This document shows, one piece after another, positions 24,691 through 37,994 of a stretch of DNA of 64,000 nt. The DNA lies in NCBI GenBank assembly GCA_044892525.1, contig CM097886.1:93186001-93250000 (forward strand), read 5' to 3'. The notes beneath the pieces were generated by a model that was not told the DNA's origin, did not search any database, and saw nothing but the letters and a program-made list of their open reading frames with translations. The stretch comes from Schmidtea polychroa. Taxonomy: Eukaryota. The translations under genes were made by a program, and so were the position numbers. The stretch's first letter is position 1. Every line of letters begins with the position of its first letter.

Positions 24691-25269
24691 AACTCATAAT
24701 CTCACCAGAATTATTGTTATTATAATTTAATAATTTGCAATTTATTATTATCCGATTTTATTATTAAAATTATCATACTTGATATAATATTAACAATCAT
24801 GAGAGGAGAAAATAATTTCCTGTAACCAAGACTCATCACGTTTTCCTTCTTTATTTCATGCCTGGAAATAATGAAGATCAAAAAAATTTCAAATGAAAAC
24901 TTTTATGTTTGGAATGTCTATAGATTTCAAAAAACCTTTTTAAAGGTGATTTATGTTAAGTTTGATCTTTAAATGTTGATTTAATGAACGAGAATGAACA
25001 AAAATACATAAACATATAAAAAACATATAATACATTGTCATTTTAAAAAAATTAGAAACAAAATAATTATAGCTAAACAAAAATTCTATTTATTATTAAT
25101 TTAATATATTACAGCGTTTCTCAGATAAATAAAACTATATTAACAAATAAAAAAACTACATACTACATTTGATTTAAGTTATTTAATTAAAATTCTCCGC
25201 GACGAATCGCCTTTAAAGCATACATCTTAACATCACCATAAAAACCTAAACAATCATTTTCCGTTACAA

Positions 25270-26165
25270 AAGAAACTCCGCCTAGAATTGCGTTTCAAGT
25301 TCACCAACGGTATTCAAATTCATCGATTTAACATAGTTCTTCCATTTACTAAAAAATTCTTCAATGGGATTCAATTACGGACTATATGGCGGAAGAAATA
25401 AAATATTGTGTCCATATTCCGCTATAAAATTTTCAACGCTCAAAACCCTGTGGAAAGCCACATTATCCATAATTATCGTATTATTTTCCATGTTCAACTC
25501 TTTCATTTTTCGAAATAGCTCTGTCAAGAATTCAATATCTACATTATAAGTTCGATTTTGTGTCTTATGAAAAACTATTCCGCCCTTAGATATCCCAGCA
25601 CAAACCGAATAGTTTCTAGACCTTATTGCTCTTACCACTTTCCTGGTTGGAGTCTCCAAAAATTTTCTTCCATAATTGAGTGTAAGTGAACAACTCACTC
25701 CCATTTCATCGACAAAAATCGTTTTATCTTCATCAAGTAGAAGATATGCGTTCCCATAATCATATCTCCTAGTTATATTATCAGGACTGTTTCTAGCCTC
25801 AGGGATCAAGCTTACCCGTTTTAAGGAATAATTCAGGCTCTGTAAAGATCTCTCTATCGTTGGCAAAGATACAACTATTCCCTTTTCGGTGTAAATGCGA
25901 CTTTTAAGCGACTTTAAAGTAATAGAAACTTCATTTTCGATTTCATTAACTATGAATGTTTCAACATTTCAGTCAATTTTCCTTGCTTTTGGGACTCTCC
26001 GTTTAATAGATTCGGTTCTTCCAAATCGTCTGTACGTTCGTAAAACACTTCTAATTGTCTCATAGTTCAACTCCAGGGCCGCCGCAATTTTTTGAGGCGA
26101 TTTTCCAGCCTCATGTTTATTTATTATAGATCTTCCTGTTTCATCTGACATTTGCCTTTTCCTGT
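25270..26165 (-). mobile_element. Tc1/IS630-like (DD34E) transposase pseudogene, 5' end replaced by the duplicated hAT block
   Basis: HTH-like ELNYETIRSVLRTYRRFGR, FVDEMG, IMDNVAFH and LPPYSP*LNPIE with 34 residues between D and E. Confidence 0.85.
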
Positions 26166-28279
26166 TTAAGCAACTCGAGTTGTTATGCTGCATCATATTA
26201 ATAATATTACATAGCTCCAGTGAAGAGCGACTGTTTGAAGTTTTTAAGCTTGTAAAGTGTTTGTACATAAATCCTACCATAATAATTGTCAATTTGGACT
26301 TTTTTGACAAACAAATTATTGCGTTACTATTGAAATATTAAAATAATATTCAATTGAATTAAAATAAAAACATAAATTGATTATTTATAAAGTTAAAATC
26401 AATCTTTTCATTTTATTTTTAAATTGTGTTTTATTTTATTATTTACTTTAAATTCAAATTTACAAATATTTCCCAAGACATTTTATTTTAAATATGAAAA
26501 GAGATTCAGGAAATGGTAAGTTATTTTATTTCAATTTATTTATATTTTTAATAAATTTACATTCATTTATTATTTTAACAATTCTTTGATGTGAGCCATT
26601 TATCCATAAAAAATCTATTTTTATTTTGACAATAATTTGAACAAAGTTTAGTATATAAAAGTGTAAAATTGTATAAAACATCCTAAAACATATAAATATG
26701 CAGAATCCCTAAAAAATAATATTGAAGCAATGTCTCTTAACAATGATGTTCAGTTGTTTTTTGGTACAACAGAAAAGTTGTATAGTTTCCTTACATCAAG
26801 TCAACCACGACTACATATTCTCGAAGAACATCAGAAGTCTCGATATGAATCGACAGTAGATACTCTAAAACGACTTTCTGATACAAGATGGGCAAGCCGA
26901 AAACATGCAGTGATGCAGTTGTTGGATCATTCTCCGCTATTATATCTACTCTAGAAGATATAAATATTGGGGAATCAAAAGAACACAAAGGAAGTGTCAG
27001 AGCAGAAGCTATGGGACTATCTATTTTGATAACAAAATACTCTTGTTTTTCTGATGCTATTTCTATAAAAGCTGTTAGATAATATCTTTGTGTTATCAAA
27101 CTATTTGCAACGAAAGGACATTGATATTGCTTTTGCAAAACAATTGATTTATGTTGCCAGAAATAAGTTTGCTGATATGAGAAGTGATAAAGCTTTTGAA
27201 AGTCTAAATGTTGCTGTAAAATCATTTATTATCAAAAATTGTTCCTCATTAGATGTTGAAACAGAATTTAAAGAAAAGCGAGTTGCAAAAAGGAAACGCA
27301 TGGCAGGTGAACTTAACAGATATGAAAGGGTTGATGATCCAACTACACGCTTCAAATGTGAAACGTATTTCACTGTCTTGGATACACTTGTAACACAACT
27401 AGATGAACGTTTTAATGATTTTCATAACACTGTTGCTTTATTCTCCTGTCTTGATCCATCACAAATATCAGAAGAAAATAAAGAATCTTTTCAAAATTTA
27501 TGCGACATTTACAAAAATGATATTAATATTGAAGAAGCAATCCTAGAATGATACTTTCAAATACGTGTATGCATCAATACGCCCATTACTATCTTGTGAA
27601 CTACAACTTAAAGAGGTGCTGCCTTTCTTGGTTGAAAAACAGATGGCACCAGGACTTCCCAATTTGGCAATTCTTTTTAAAATATACTTGACTCTTCCTG
27701 TTACATCTGCTACTGCTGAAAGAAGTTTCAGTAGACTGAAAATCATCAAAAATTATTTGCGATCAACAATGACAAACGAACGTCTGTCTGGATTAGCATT
27801 AATTTCAATAGAACGCGAACTGGCTGAGAACATTGATTTTAAATCGACTATAAATCGTTTTGCTTCAATGAAATCACGCAGGAAGCAATTTAAATAATAA
27901 AAAAACTTGTATGTTTGTTACATCAATAAATTTACTAGAATAAATTTACTGAATATAATGCTTTTTAATAATATTAGTATTCAATCAATACTCGCGAAAA
28001 TAAGTAGTACCATCTTCATAATTTGTGGCGCCCCCTGAAAATTTTCCTCGCCCCCAAGCACCAAAATCTAAATCCGCCACTGATTAGGACACCATTCTAG
28101 AAGAGTGTAAATCATCAAACCTAGAGAATTTACCATATGGATATAAATTGGAGGTTGATATGAATATTCCCGATGAAATTCATGATTTATTAGACGACAT
28201 ATGGAGTTATCGGCATATGAATAGTTAAATTATATATGGAATATGAATATTTATCAAATAATGAACTCACAGAAAACCT
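26164..28279 (+). repeat. Inverted 2.1-kb duplicate of 5033-7149 containing the hAT transposase pseudogene (26730-27897; terminus about 28082)
   Basis: Near-identical reverse complement with the same stop and frameshift. Junctions at ttgcttaaa and agaaaacct. Confidence 0.92.
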
Positions 28280-28350
28280 AAAAACATTTGATTGAACAAG
28301 TGCAAATTGATTGATTAAATTTCCTATAAAATATGTATTAAAAACAGAAG

Positions 28351-28662
28351 TTAAAAGTGGGGGGTGGCAGGTGGTTTATTATAGGGATAATGTAGATAAA
28401 ACCTACTGGATAACACCCAGGCCATCGCAGATGGAAGTGTAAATAAATTTCTATACAATCTCCAATCCGCATAGAGCATTGTTGAATTATTATTTGGAAC
28501 GTCCGGATCCTTTTTATCTGGTCGATATAGACCCCAACCAGAAGCTACATACAAGTTGTTTAGTTTATCTCTGTACGTGGCCATCGGTTCATCCTCATAT
28601 CTGCCACAACTCATCACATTTGTGTCGAGGAATTTAATGAATTCTAGAGTAGTTTTATCCAC
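28351..28662 (-). CDS. Possible Sema-domain exon
   Basis: Open frame SCGRYEDEP...LYVASGWGLYR...FTLPSAMAW, on the same strand and between the other semaphorin exons. Resemblance to the CP..P...LY.AT...YR blade is loose. Confidence 0.4.
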   Translation of the reverse strand: MDKTTLEFIKFLDTNVMSCGRYEDEPMATYRDKLNNLYVASGWGLYRPDKKDPDVPNNNSTMLYADWRLYRNLFTLPSAMAWVLSSRFYLHYPYNKPPATPHF

Positions 28663-28681
28663 GCTTGAATATAAACATCAA

Positions 28682-28684
<3 letters not shown>

Positions 28685-28752
<68 letters not shown>
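28685..28752. repeat. (AT)n microsatellite; further arrays at about 31467-31521, 32290-32381 and 33279-33346
   Basis: Pure dinucleotide runs. Confidence 0.95.
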
Positions 28753-28754
<2 letters not shown>

Positions 28755-28974
28755 CTATCTATATTTCTATCTCTATTTCTATCTGTTTGTACCTATATTA
28801 TATCTACAAACTATTAAGTTTTAGATAATAAGGACAACATTAAATTAAATAACAATTTAACTATTAATTAGAACAAATCTCTATAATCAATCAATATTCA
28901 AACAACTTGGCCAATATTTCTAATATCTATAATCTAGTAATAACGATATTTAAGTTGAGATTATAGAGATTATT

Positions 28975-29105
28975 ATTAATCATTAACATTAATCAATCAA
29001 TCATTATCCATCAATCATTAACATTAATCAATCAATCAATCATTGATATCCATCAATCATTAACATCAATCAATCATTGATAACCATCAATCATTAACAT
29101 TAGTC
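28975..29105 (+). repeat. Low-complexity (ATCA)n / atcaatcattaac repeat; related tract at about 30325-30405
   Basis: Visible tandem atcaatcattaac and atcaatcaatc units. Confidence 0.7.
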
Positions 29106-30672
29106 AATTAATTCTAATATATAATTACGCTCATCACTGATTCACTGACTGATTCACTGACTGATTCTATAACGCTCGCTGATTGGTTGATCCTAACAAT
29201 ATCATAAAAAAATTTCTCTAGCTTGATTTTAACTAATTTCACCTAAAAACTAATTAATTTCCGATCTTTATAAAATCTATAATAAAGGGAATCCTCATAA
29301 ATGAAAAATATTTTTATTATCTTTTAATATATATTTCAGCCTGACCCCCAATAAACTAAATCTCATATGTATAAATCTACTTATTTGACATTTAATTTCT
29401 TTATTTTTCAATGATTGCTTGCGGGATAATATTTGGAAATCTGGTGGAAAATTCGGTAAAATGAGAGTTTATAGTGATAATTCTGCTGAATTGGAAGTGA
29501 ATGGAGTAATCCACGAAATATCTTCATTTATAAAACAGAATATGGTAATTCATTTGATTATTAATTCATAAAATGATTCTTATGTTGCCATAACCATTTA
29601 ACATAATTTTTATCTAACTTTTCAACTTAATAATGCAATGATTAATTCTGACTTAATATAGCTTAAAACTCACAACAAAGGCTAATTTTATAATTTATTA
29701 TTATTATTGATCTTTAAATAATGATCGATAATTAATATAATTTCGAAAAATGATTAAACTATTCTAAATTATTTATGTTTTATAAATATTCTGCTACTGA
29801 TAACATATAAAATTGAAAACAATGAAAATCTATAATTATATTTAGGAATTAAATTTTATTAAATAAATATTTTTTAAATAAATATTAATTAAATATTTTT
29901 CATCGCTTCATATCTTCATCATTATAGTTATTCCATTATCAATCGTGTAGTTCATACTAAGTATTGGTAAGGTAATTTGCGCAATAACATGAGTAAATCT
30001 GTGTGTGTGTTTGACTAAATCCTAAAAACTTCTGAAATTTTCTGTGTGCATGAAATTTAAGGGGAACATTATGATATTTTTGTAAGTGATTAGGATTTAA
30101 AAGCAATTTTAAAAGTAGTTTTTCAAGAAGTTCTTCAATAAAAACAATTTTTTTGGTAATTTTTTTTTCATTCCATATATTCCATATATATAACAGAAAT
30201 AATTTTCAAATTGCTTAAGAATACAATTTTTTTTTGTATTGAATTTTTAATAAATATTTAGTATGTCAAACTGTTCATTTATTTTATGATTTGTCAACGG
30301 GCGCCTTGCAATTAACTAGTCAATGATATCAATCAATAATTAACATCAATCATTAACATCTATCATCAATCAATCAAACATAACCAATCGTCAATCATCC
30401 ATGATCACTGGAAACAACCTGTAACATAATTGGCACGTATACCATATATTTACGAGTAACAGTAACTAAAAGTTATTTATTTTCAGTTTATAAGATACCA
30501 AAATCATTTCCATAGCTTATTTTTGCCCTAAAAACCAATTCGATTAAATTCGATTTCAAGAATGTTCATCACAATTTCATTGGATAAATATTTAATTTAT
30601 ATATATAAATGAAACAATGCTTGATAGCTGTTAAAATGTGAAATAGAAATGAAAATCATTAAGCACCAATCA

Positions 30673-30770
30673 TATAAAGCATACTCGAGGAAAAGCTCCA
30701 AATGTTCCACAAACCCAAAGAGAGTCATTGTCAAGATTTTCTACGGATTTGATAAAGCTATTCATGCAGC
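30673..30770 (-). CDS. N-terminal Sema-domain exon of the semaphorin gene
   Basis: CMNSFIKSVENLDNDSLWVCGTFGAFPRVC matches the conserved CxNxIxxLxxxxxxxLxxCGTxAFxPxC motif. Confidence 0.65.
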
Positions 30771-31463
30771 TGTAATTCATAGCTATCCAATCGCCACTGG
30801 GCGTATGGTATCTCGAATGCTGATAATCGAATGCATTTTATCTCACTGTGGAATCCACGCTGTATTACATTAATACAATAAAACTTCATTTAAATTCTAA
30901 CTGATCTTGTTTCCAATTGAGACAGGCATCAAAGGAATATAACCAGGCCAAAAAGGAATTCGAAAATTAAATCCGATGTCAGATCCATTCATTAGTTGAC
31001 TATTAGTCCAATCTTTGTATTTCATTTTCGTCTTTACAATCAGTTGTAGCTAATTTATGTAACGCGGTCAATATATATACTAAAAAGAGAGTTTGAAGAC
31101 TATGAATCAGTAATATATCGATTTTTGTTGATACTCACGAATTTTCAGCACTGCATTTTTCAAGTGAAAATTCATATAGTGATTTTACAGGCGTTTAATA
31201 TTTTCAAAAAACCGTTTATTTAAATTATAATGAAAACAGTTTAAAAAAATTTTGTTATTTCAGAAAAAGCATGTTGTTTAAATATTTGTAGGATTTGAAT
31301 ATAGCTGAATTAAACATTTTTGCTATTTTTAAATGTTTTAATACAATATATTTATTGTTTATTTTTAGTTAATTAATGAAGGATTTATTAACTAATTAAT
31401 TAACTATTGAAGAAGCAATTTCATTTAAAACAAATTCGAATAAAGTTAGATAAATTAATTATT

Positions 31464-31522
<59 letters not shown>

Positions 31523-31729
31523 TTAAATAAACACGGTAAAGATTTTATTAATACAAATCGCCATTCGTACATTATTTGACCATTATAATATTTTTTTATA
31601 ACTCAATATAGCTTTGATTATCTTTAATAATATAATTAGAGATGAAATTATATATACTTAATCTCAAATACCTTTTGTTTGATATGTATATTATAAGGTT
31701 TTAAAATTTTTGAACCTTGGACCCTTCGA

Positions 31730-32290
31730 CCCTTGGACTTTCGAACTCACCGTCAAAAGTCCTTTTGAATGATATATATTATATATATATATTATATGAT
31801 ATATATATATATATTATATGATTTGAAAAATATTTAATTTTGGACACCCTTTGAAGGTTATTGACCCATCATATCCCTTCCAAGGTATAGCCATTAGATA
31901 GACCTCTCAAATACCTTTCGACTGATAAATATATTATAAAGTTTGAAAAAATTCGAAGGTTTTTTACCCTTTGAAGACCGAGGACCCACCATTCACCTTC
32001 GAGGGTATGACCATCATACTTACCTCTCAAATACCTTTCGAATGATACCCTTTGGTGAAGGTTTGACCTTAAATATGACCTTGATCTTTAAAAATATGAC
32101 CTTGACCTTAAAAATATGACCTTGATGAGTCATCCAATGACCTTGAATGAGTCATGGCCTTTGTTTCAGTGACCTTGATGAGTCAATTGACTTTGTTTAA
32201 AATTTGACCTTGAAAAAATATTGTTCATTGAACCCCCGGGGGGTAGTGTGCCAGAGGTGACATCTGCCAGTGGTGACACATCCTACTACT
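31730..32290 (-). mobile_element. Non-autonomous AGTAGTAGGAT-terminus repeat next to a (TA)n array
   Basis: Ends ...gacacatcctactact|atatat and contains repeated tacctctcaaatacctttcg and gaccttga blocks. Architecture parallels 13794-14520. Confidence 0.5.
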
Positions 32291-32295
32291 ATATA

Positions 32296-32385
<90 letters not shown>

Positions 32386-32465
32386 TGATTATTAATGATT
32401 TTAAGAATAAGAATTACTGAATAAGAATTATGTTTGAAAACATCCTTTTTTTTAATTTATAGCTT

Positions 32466-33275
32466 TTATTTATATGGCGGAAGAAATAAAATATTGTGTC
32501 CATATTCCGCTATAAAATTTTCAACGCTCAAAACCCTGTGTAAAGCCACATTATCCATAATTATCGTATTATTTTCCATGTTCAACTCTTTCATTTTTCG
32601 AAATAGCTCTGTCAAGAATTCAATATCTCCATTATAAGTTCGATTTTGTGTCTTATGAAAAACTATTCCGCCCTTAGATATCCCGGCACAAACCGAATAG
32701 TTTCTAGACCTTATTGCTCTTACCACTTTCCTGGTTGGAGTCTCCAAAAATTTTCTTCCATAATTGAGTGTAAGTGAACAACTCACTCCCATTTCATCGA
32801 CAAAAATCGTTTTATCTTCATCAAGTAGAAGATATGCGTTCCCATAATCATATCTCCTAGTTATATTATCAGGACTGTTTCTAGCCTCAGGGATCAAGCT
32901 TACCCGTTTTAAGGAATAATTCAGGCTCTTTAAAGATCTCTCTATCGTTGGCAAAGATACAACTATTCCCTTTTCGGTGTAAATGCGACTTTTAAGCGAC
33001 TTTAAAGTAATAGAAACTTCATTTTCGATTTCATTAACTATGAATGTTTCAACATTTCAATCAATTTTCCTTGCTTTTGGGACTCTCCGTTTAATAGATT
33101 CGGTTCTTCCAAATCGTCTGTACGTTCGTAAAACACTTCTAATTGTCTCATAGTTCAACTCCAGGGCCGCCGCAATTTCTTGAGGCGATTTTCCAGCCTC
33201 ATGTTTATTTATTATAGATCTTCCTGTTTCATCTGACATTTGCCTTTTCCTGTTATTCATAGGGCTTTTACTCAA
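32466..33275 (-). mobile_element. Second Tc1/IS630-like transposase copy, 3'-truncated, between (TA)n arrays
   Basis: Near-identical to 25375-26165, keeps the original N-terminus (MSKSPMNNRKRQ) and breaks off at LPPY. Confidence 0.85.
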
Positions 33276-33277
33276 TC

Positions 33278-33358
<81 letters not shown>

Positions 33359-34679
33359 TTGAGTCGCTATTGTTGGGCTAGAACTAAGAACTGATTTCTA
33401 AACCCAAAGTTAGGAATGGGACGAAATGTGTCAGTACACAACACGCATACCAAGCATTAAGTTTATTTAAAAATATATATGTAAAGCACCAAGAAACCAT
33501 GATAATAGAGAGATAATATACCAAAAAATAAAACATCTGAATTAAAAATAAAATAAAACACGAGCAAGAAGTATTACACGAAAACTTACTCAAATATAAC
33601 CGAAAGACATAAAACAACAAAAAACAAATTCGAATAAAGGCGATTAGTAAAAATTCAAAAAGAAAATTTAAGAAAATCTCCATAAAATCTTACATAAAGA
33701 AAATTATATCGATATTTTGAATAAAAATCCAGAGCAATTCATAAAAATGGCGAAATTCATCATGACCGCTAAACGACCCAATAAAATTTATAAAAAATTA
33801 ATATTTTAGTTTAAGAAATAAATATTTTAGAAAAGAAATCATAAAATATAATTTAAAAATAAGAAATAGATTAAATTTAGCATGGAATGTTCTGGAAATG
33901 CTGAAATCCATCATGGAGGCAAATTTAATAAAAAATAATTCGAAAATGAAATTTCAAAAATAAAAAAAAAAATTCTTACGGAAAACTCGCCATCAAAATC
34001 GATAAAAATTAAAAATCGAATGTTCGAGAATTAAAATGATCCGAATTTGTTTTACTACATCAATGCACGCATGTATACTTACACGTCAAACAGAGGTTAT
34101 ATAAACTAACACATTTCGTCACTTTTCAAGGAAAAAAATGCTAATGCTTACTCTTATGCCAAATTTTTGATTTTGATTTTTCTGAGATTGTAAGTAAGGA
34201 TGATTTCATTGTGAATTATAAATTATTATTATTGAAACCTTGTTTTCATTATTTCTATTTAACTATAGAGGTGTAGGTTTGAGTGAGATCGTCGGTCATC
34301 AATGATTTTGAAGCGAGATCCCAGCCAACCCTGCACCTATGCACTTTATCATTTATGAATGCACAGTTCATAATGATTTCGGGTCCTCGACCCTACATGC
34401 ATTAAAATGATTTCAACTGCCAGAGGTCGCCACGAACAAATGGTGTTTAACCAGGAGTAGGGCGTATAAATCCTTCTTGGTAGTCGGCATAGTCACAGGG
34501 ACTATGCGGACGAAGTAATTATGGGAAAATAATTGTGGATACATATTACAATAGGGCCTATTGTACCGTACTCAGTTTAGTCGGGAAAGTAGGTAAATTT
34601 TAATCAAATCCACCTTTTCGTTAACTTACATATCTAAAGTAACTCTTAAATTATACTACTTTGCACAACATTAGGAACT

Positions 34680-35160
34680 GATAAACGGGGAATATCCTCT
34701 GACTCAAATTTCACACAATACAACATGCTAGTGTAGCTGGTTATTTCTAAACGAATCCCTCTTAAACTATAAATTCAAGGTGAATCTAAAAAACTAACTA
34801 ACTTAAAATAACAGGGAGATCCATGCGCAAAAGTTTTTAATGCAACTAAAGACTAAAAAATTCTGAACTATTCACTGTCAAAATGATGCAACCTAAAATT
34901 CATACGAAGAGTAGATGATATAATCTCAATCACATTGGTAAGCGAACTAATATCTATAGATGCTTACAAAATAACCTATTTTGCTGTAAGTTAAAATTCT
35001 TTATCGTAAATGGTATGCACAAATTCCCGTCAACAACTTGACCAAGTGTCCTTATCTTTAAACTACTAATGGCATATTTATAACTTATAACTCGAGTAAT
35101 GTCTCCCCATTTTATAAACTAAGTTGAATAACGATGAAAAGTAAATTGTCGGTACAGAAG
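34680..35160 (+). pseudogene. Highly degraded non-LTR (LINE) reverse transcriptase remnant
   Basis: QGDPCAKVFN (QGDPLS-like) followed by RRVDDII (YxDD-like) among stops and frameshifts. Confidence 0.4.
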
Positions 35161-35319
35161 TTAAGTAATTACAATATATAAATTCATAAAGTAGAAATTT
35201 TTTTCTGATAAAAATGGTTTTGTTCGATTCAAAAGCTGTTGAAATGATAATTTAGAGGCATAAATTTTCTCTAGATCTTAATTATGTATATTGAACTTTT
35301 GTTAAGAATTATTTTTTAC

Positions 35320-36365
35320 TTAATGCCCCTCAAGTTGTGTAATAGTCCAAAACAAGGTTAATAATACTAATTCAAATTAGATATCTAGATAATAAACTCA
35401 AAACTAAAATGTACAATTCTTTCCTAATTACCCCTAAGTCGTATAATAGGTAAAATAAAACTAATATTAATAGTATATATATAAGTATATTAAACTTTAA
35501 AAAGCAAAAATTATAATTTTTCCTAACTACCCCCAAAGTTACGAAATCGTCGAAACGAATGTTCATTTTCATAATCTAACTTATATATGTAGATTTGAAA
35601 CTTATAAAAGTATAACTTATATATGTATAGACATCAAATTTTAAAAAAATAATTCATAGATTTTCATAAATAACCCCTCAGAGCAAATAACCATTAATTA
35701 TTATCTAAATGCATTAATTTAGAATATTTTATATAATTATACTTAACTTAGATTACCTTTAAAATGATAGTTGAAAATTTTTATCAATAAACCATATCGT
35801 CATCAACTACCACCTAAATATACTAAATTAGCTTATCATAATATACATTTAACTTATAGTATATTTTAAAATATAAATTGTAAATGTTCATAAATGACCC
35901 CCTCCGAATTATACATTCATTGTCCATTACTTAAATATACTAAATTGACTTATTTTTAATATATATTTAACTTATATTATATTTAAAAATGTAAATTGTA
36001 AATATCCACACATGATCCCCCCTCAAACTTATACATACTAAATTGGCTTTTTTTAATATATATATTTAAATTACATTATAATAAAAAATATAAGTTGTAA
36101 AATTTCATAAATGACCCCCTTTCAGATCATATAGTCATTAATGATTACCCAAAAGTACTAATTTAATTTGTTTTCAGATATATTTAACTTATATTACCTT
36201 TAAAAATATAACTTGTATTTTTCGAAACCGACCCCTTCAAATCATGTAGCCATTAACTATTCCTTAGGTATACTGAATTATATCATCTTCGTATAGAGTT
36301 AAATTATATTTCAAACCAAAAATCAATTCCATAATTTTTCGTAAATGATCCCCCCCCATATGTGG
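35320..36365 (+). repeat. Degenerate tandem array, ~100-120-bp period, anchored on an aaatgaccccc motif
   Basis: C-run motif recurs near 35330, 35428, 35528, 35672, 35808, 35895, 36013, 36113, 36229 and 36346, then runs into an N-gap. Confidence 0.6.
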
Positions 36366-37994
36366 TAATCTTGTAAAAATTATAAACTTACANNNNNNNN
36401 NNNNNNNNNNNNNNNNNNNNNNNNNNNNNNNNNNNNNNNNNNNNNNNNNNNNNNNNNNNNNNNNNNNNNNNNNNNNNNNNNNNNNNNNNNNNNNNNNNNN
36501 NNNNNNNNNNNNNNNNNNNNNNNNNNNNNNNNNNNNNNATTTTATAAAAATAAAATTATAAACCAAATTATTGATTTTGGGATTCCCATATCTCTAAATT
36601 TGGCTTCAATGGCCCTATCTTCCAATAAAATTAGCGAAAACCACTAAAATCTATTTTTAGTAACAGCCCCCCCCCCCCCCCAGAAAACGACGACACTATT
36701 AATAATTTAAATTAAATATATAAATATGTATATATGTGTGGGCGTATGTATATGTAGGTGTATGTGTGTATATATACATATATATAAATAACCTTATAAA
36801 AATACAACCACCTTTCCCCCTAAAGACCCCAAGTTGTATAATAACAAGAATTAAGGTTATTGCTAGTCGTCCTATAATCCTAAAAAATTTTATAATTTTG
36901 CATTTATTATTATTCTCATTATTACCCTTAGTGTTATTATTATTACAACGATTATTATCATCATTATTATTATTATTACTATTATTATTATTACTGCTAT
37001 CAATGTTATTATTATTATTATAAATAGAACAAGAAAGCATAAGAATGAATGAATAAAAAAAATAAATAAATAAAATAGGAACTTTTATTGTGCGAAATGT
37101 TACACCAAATGTTATACCCAATCATTATTTCATCGAATTGAAGTTCGAAGACTCTTTTGATAGTAGATTTTGATAGTTTGATTTTTGCATGATCACCTTG
37201 CTCTGAGCAAGAGCATTTGTTCTAGGAAAATGAGAAATTGCATAAAAGTGAATTAGAAATGTCATGGATTATGATTAGAGTATAAATTCCGACTTCATTG
37301 AATAATTGATGGACATTCATACCTAAGAAAATTCTAGAAACACAATATATAAAAATCACATATTATTAAGGAAAGAGTACTTGATATATTACGAATTTAA
37401 GGTACCATATCCAATAAAGTTTTAAACAGAAAATTAATTTTATATCCGTTTACATTTTCTGTCATCTAGTAAGTGAAAAATTCGTTTTGAGAGCCGATAG
37501 AATTCCAATAATGAATGGAAATTCACCTTTTCCTGAAAAGTTTACTAAGTAATTTATACCCGTGTGCTCCGACTAGTGTTTCTATTTCAGGTTTAAAATC
37601 GTTTTCAGTTGTAAACTTTCCGTTCAAATATTTAAAAATAAGCATTTTATATAAAATAAATTACCCTCCAATAGGAGAAATGGTAATTACACCACTCATG
37701 ACGAGTACAACTGAGGGATAAGTAAGTAACACGAGTAGCTAGGCTCGTCACTATTACTGATCACCCCAGTGTACCCGAATTTATTGGTAAAATCCGATTT
37801 ACTGGTTTAATCCTGAAAATAAAAAAAAATTATTAAATTTCAAATTACCATCCAGTGGTAAACAAGATTTTAAATTAAAATGGTTAACTTAAACAAAGTT
37901 AATTAATAATGTAATTTAAAAAGATCAACGTTTTTTGTATGTTTTTGAAGCAATAATGAATACATGAAATTGAATGTTTTCTCTAAATTTCTAG

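Noticed and set aside
29420-29545. Plus-strand frame GGKFGKMRVYSDNSAELEVNGVIHEI, faintly like the RNA polymerase III RPC4 C-terminus
   Set aside because: About 40 residues with a loose pattern and no supporting exons; needs an HMM search.
33418-34123. 18-bp inverted pair (gacgaaatgtgtcagt / actaacacatttcgtc) as MITE termini
   Set aside because: The match does not extend and I find no TSD.
36699-37121. Poly-Asn / poly-Leu ORFs on both strands
   Set aside because: They are translations of (ATT)n and (TA/TG)n low-complexity sequence.
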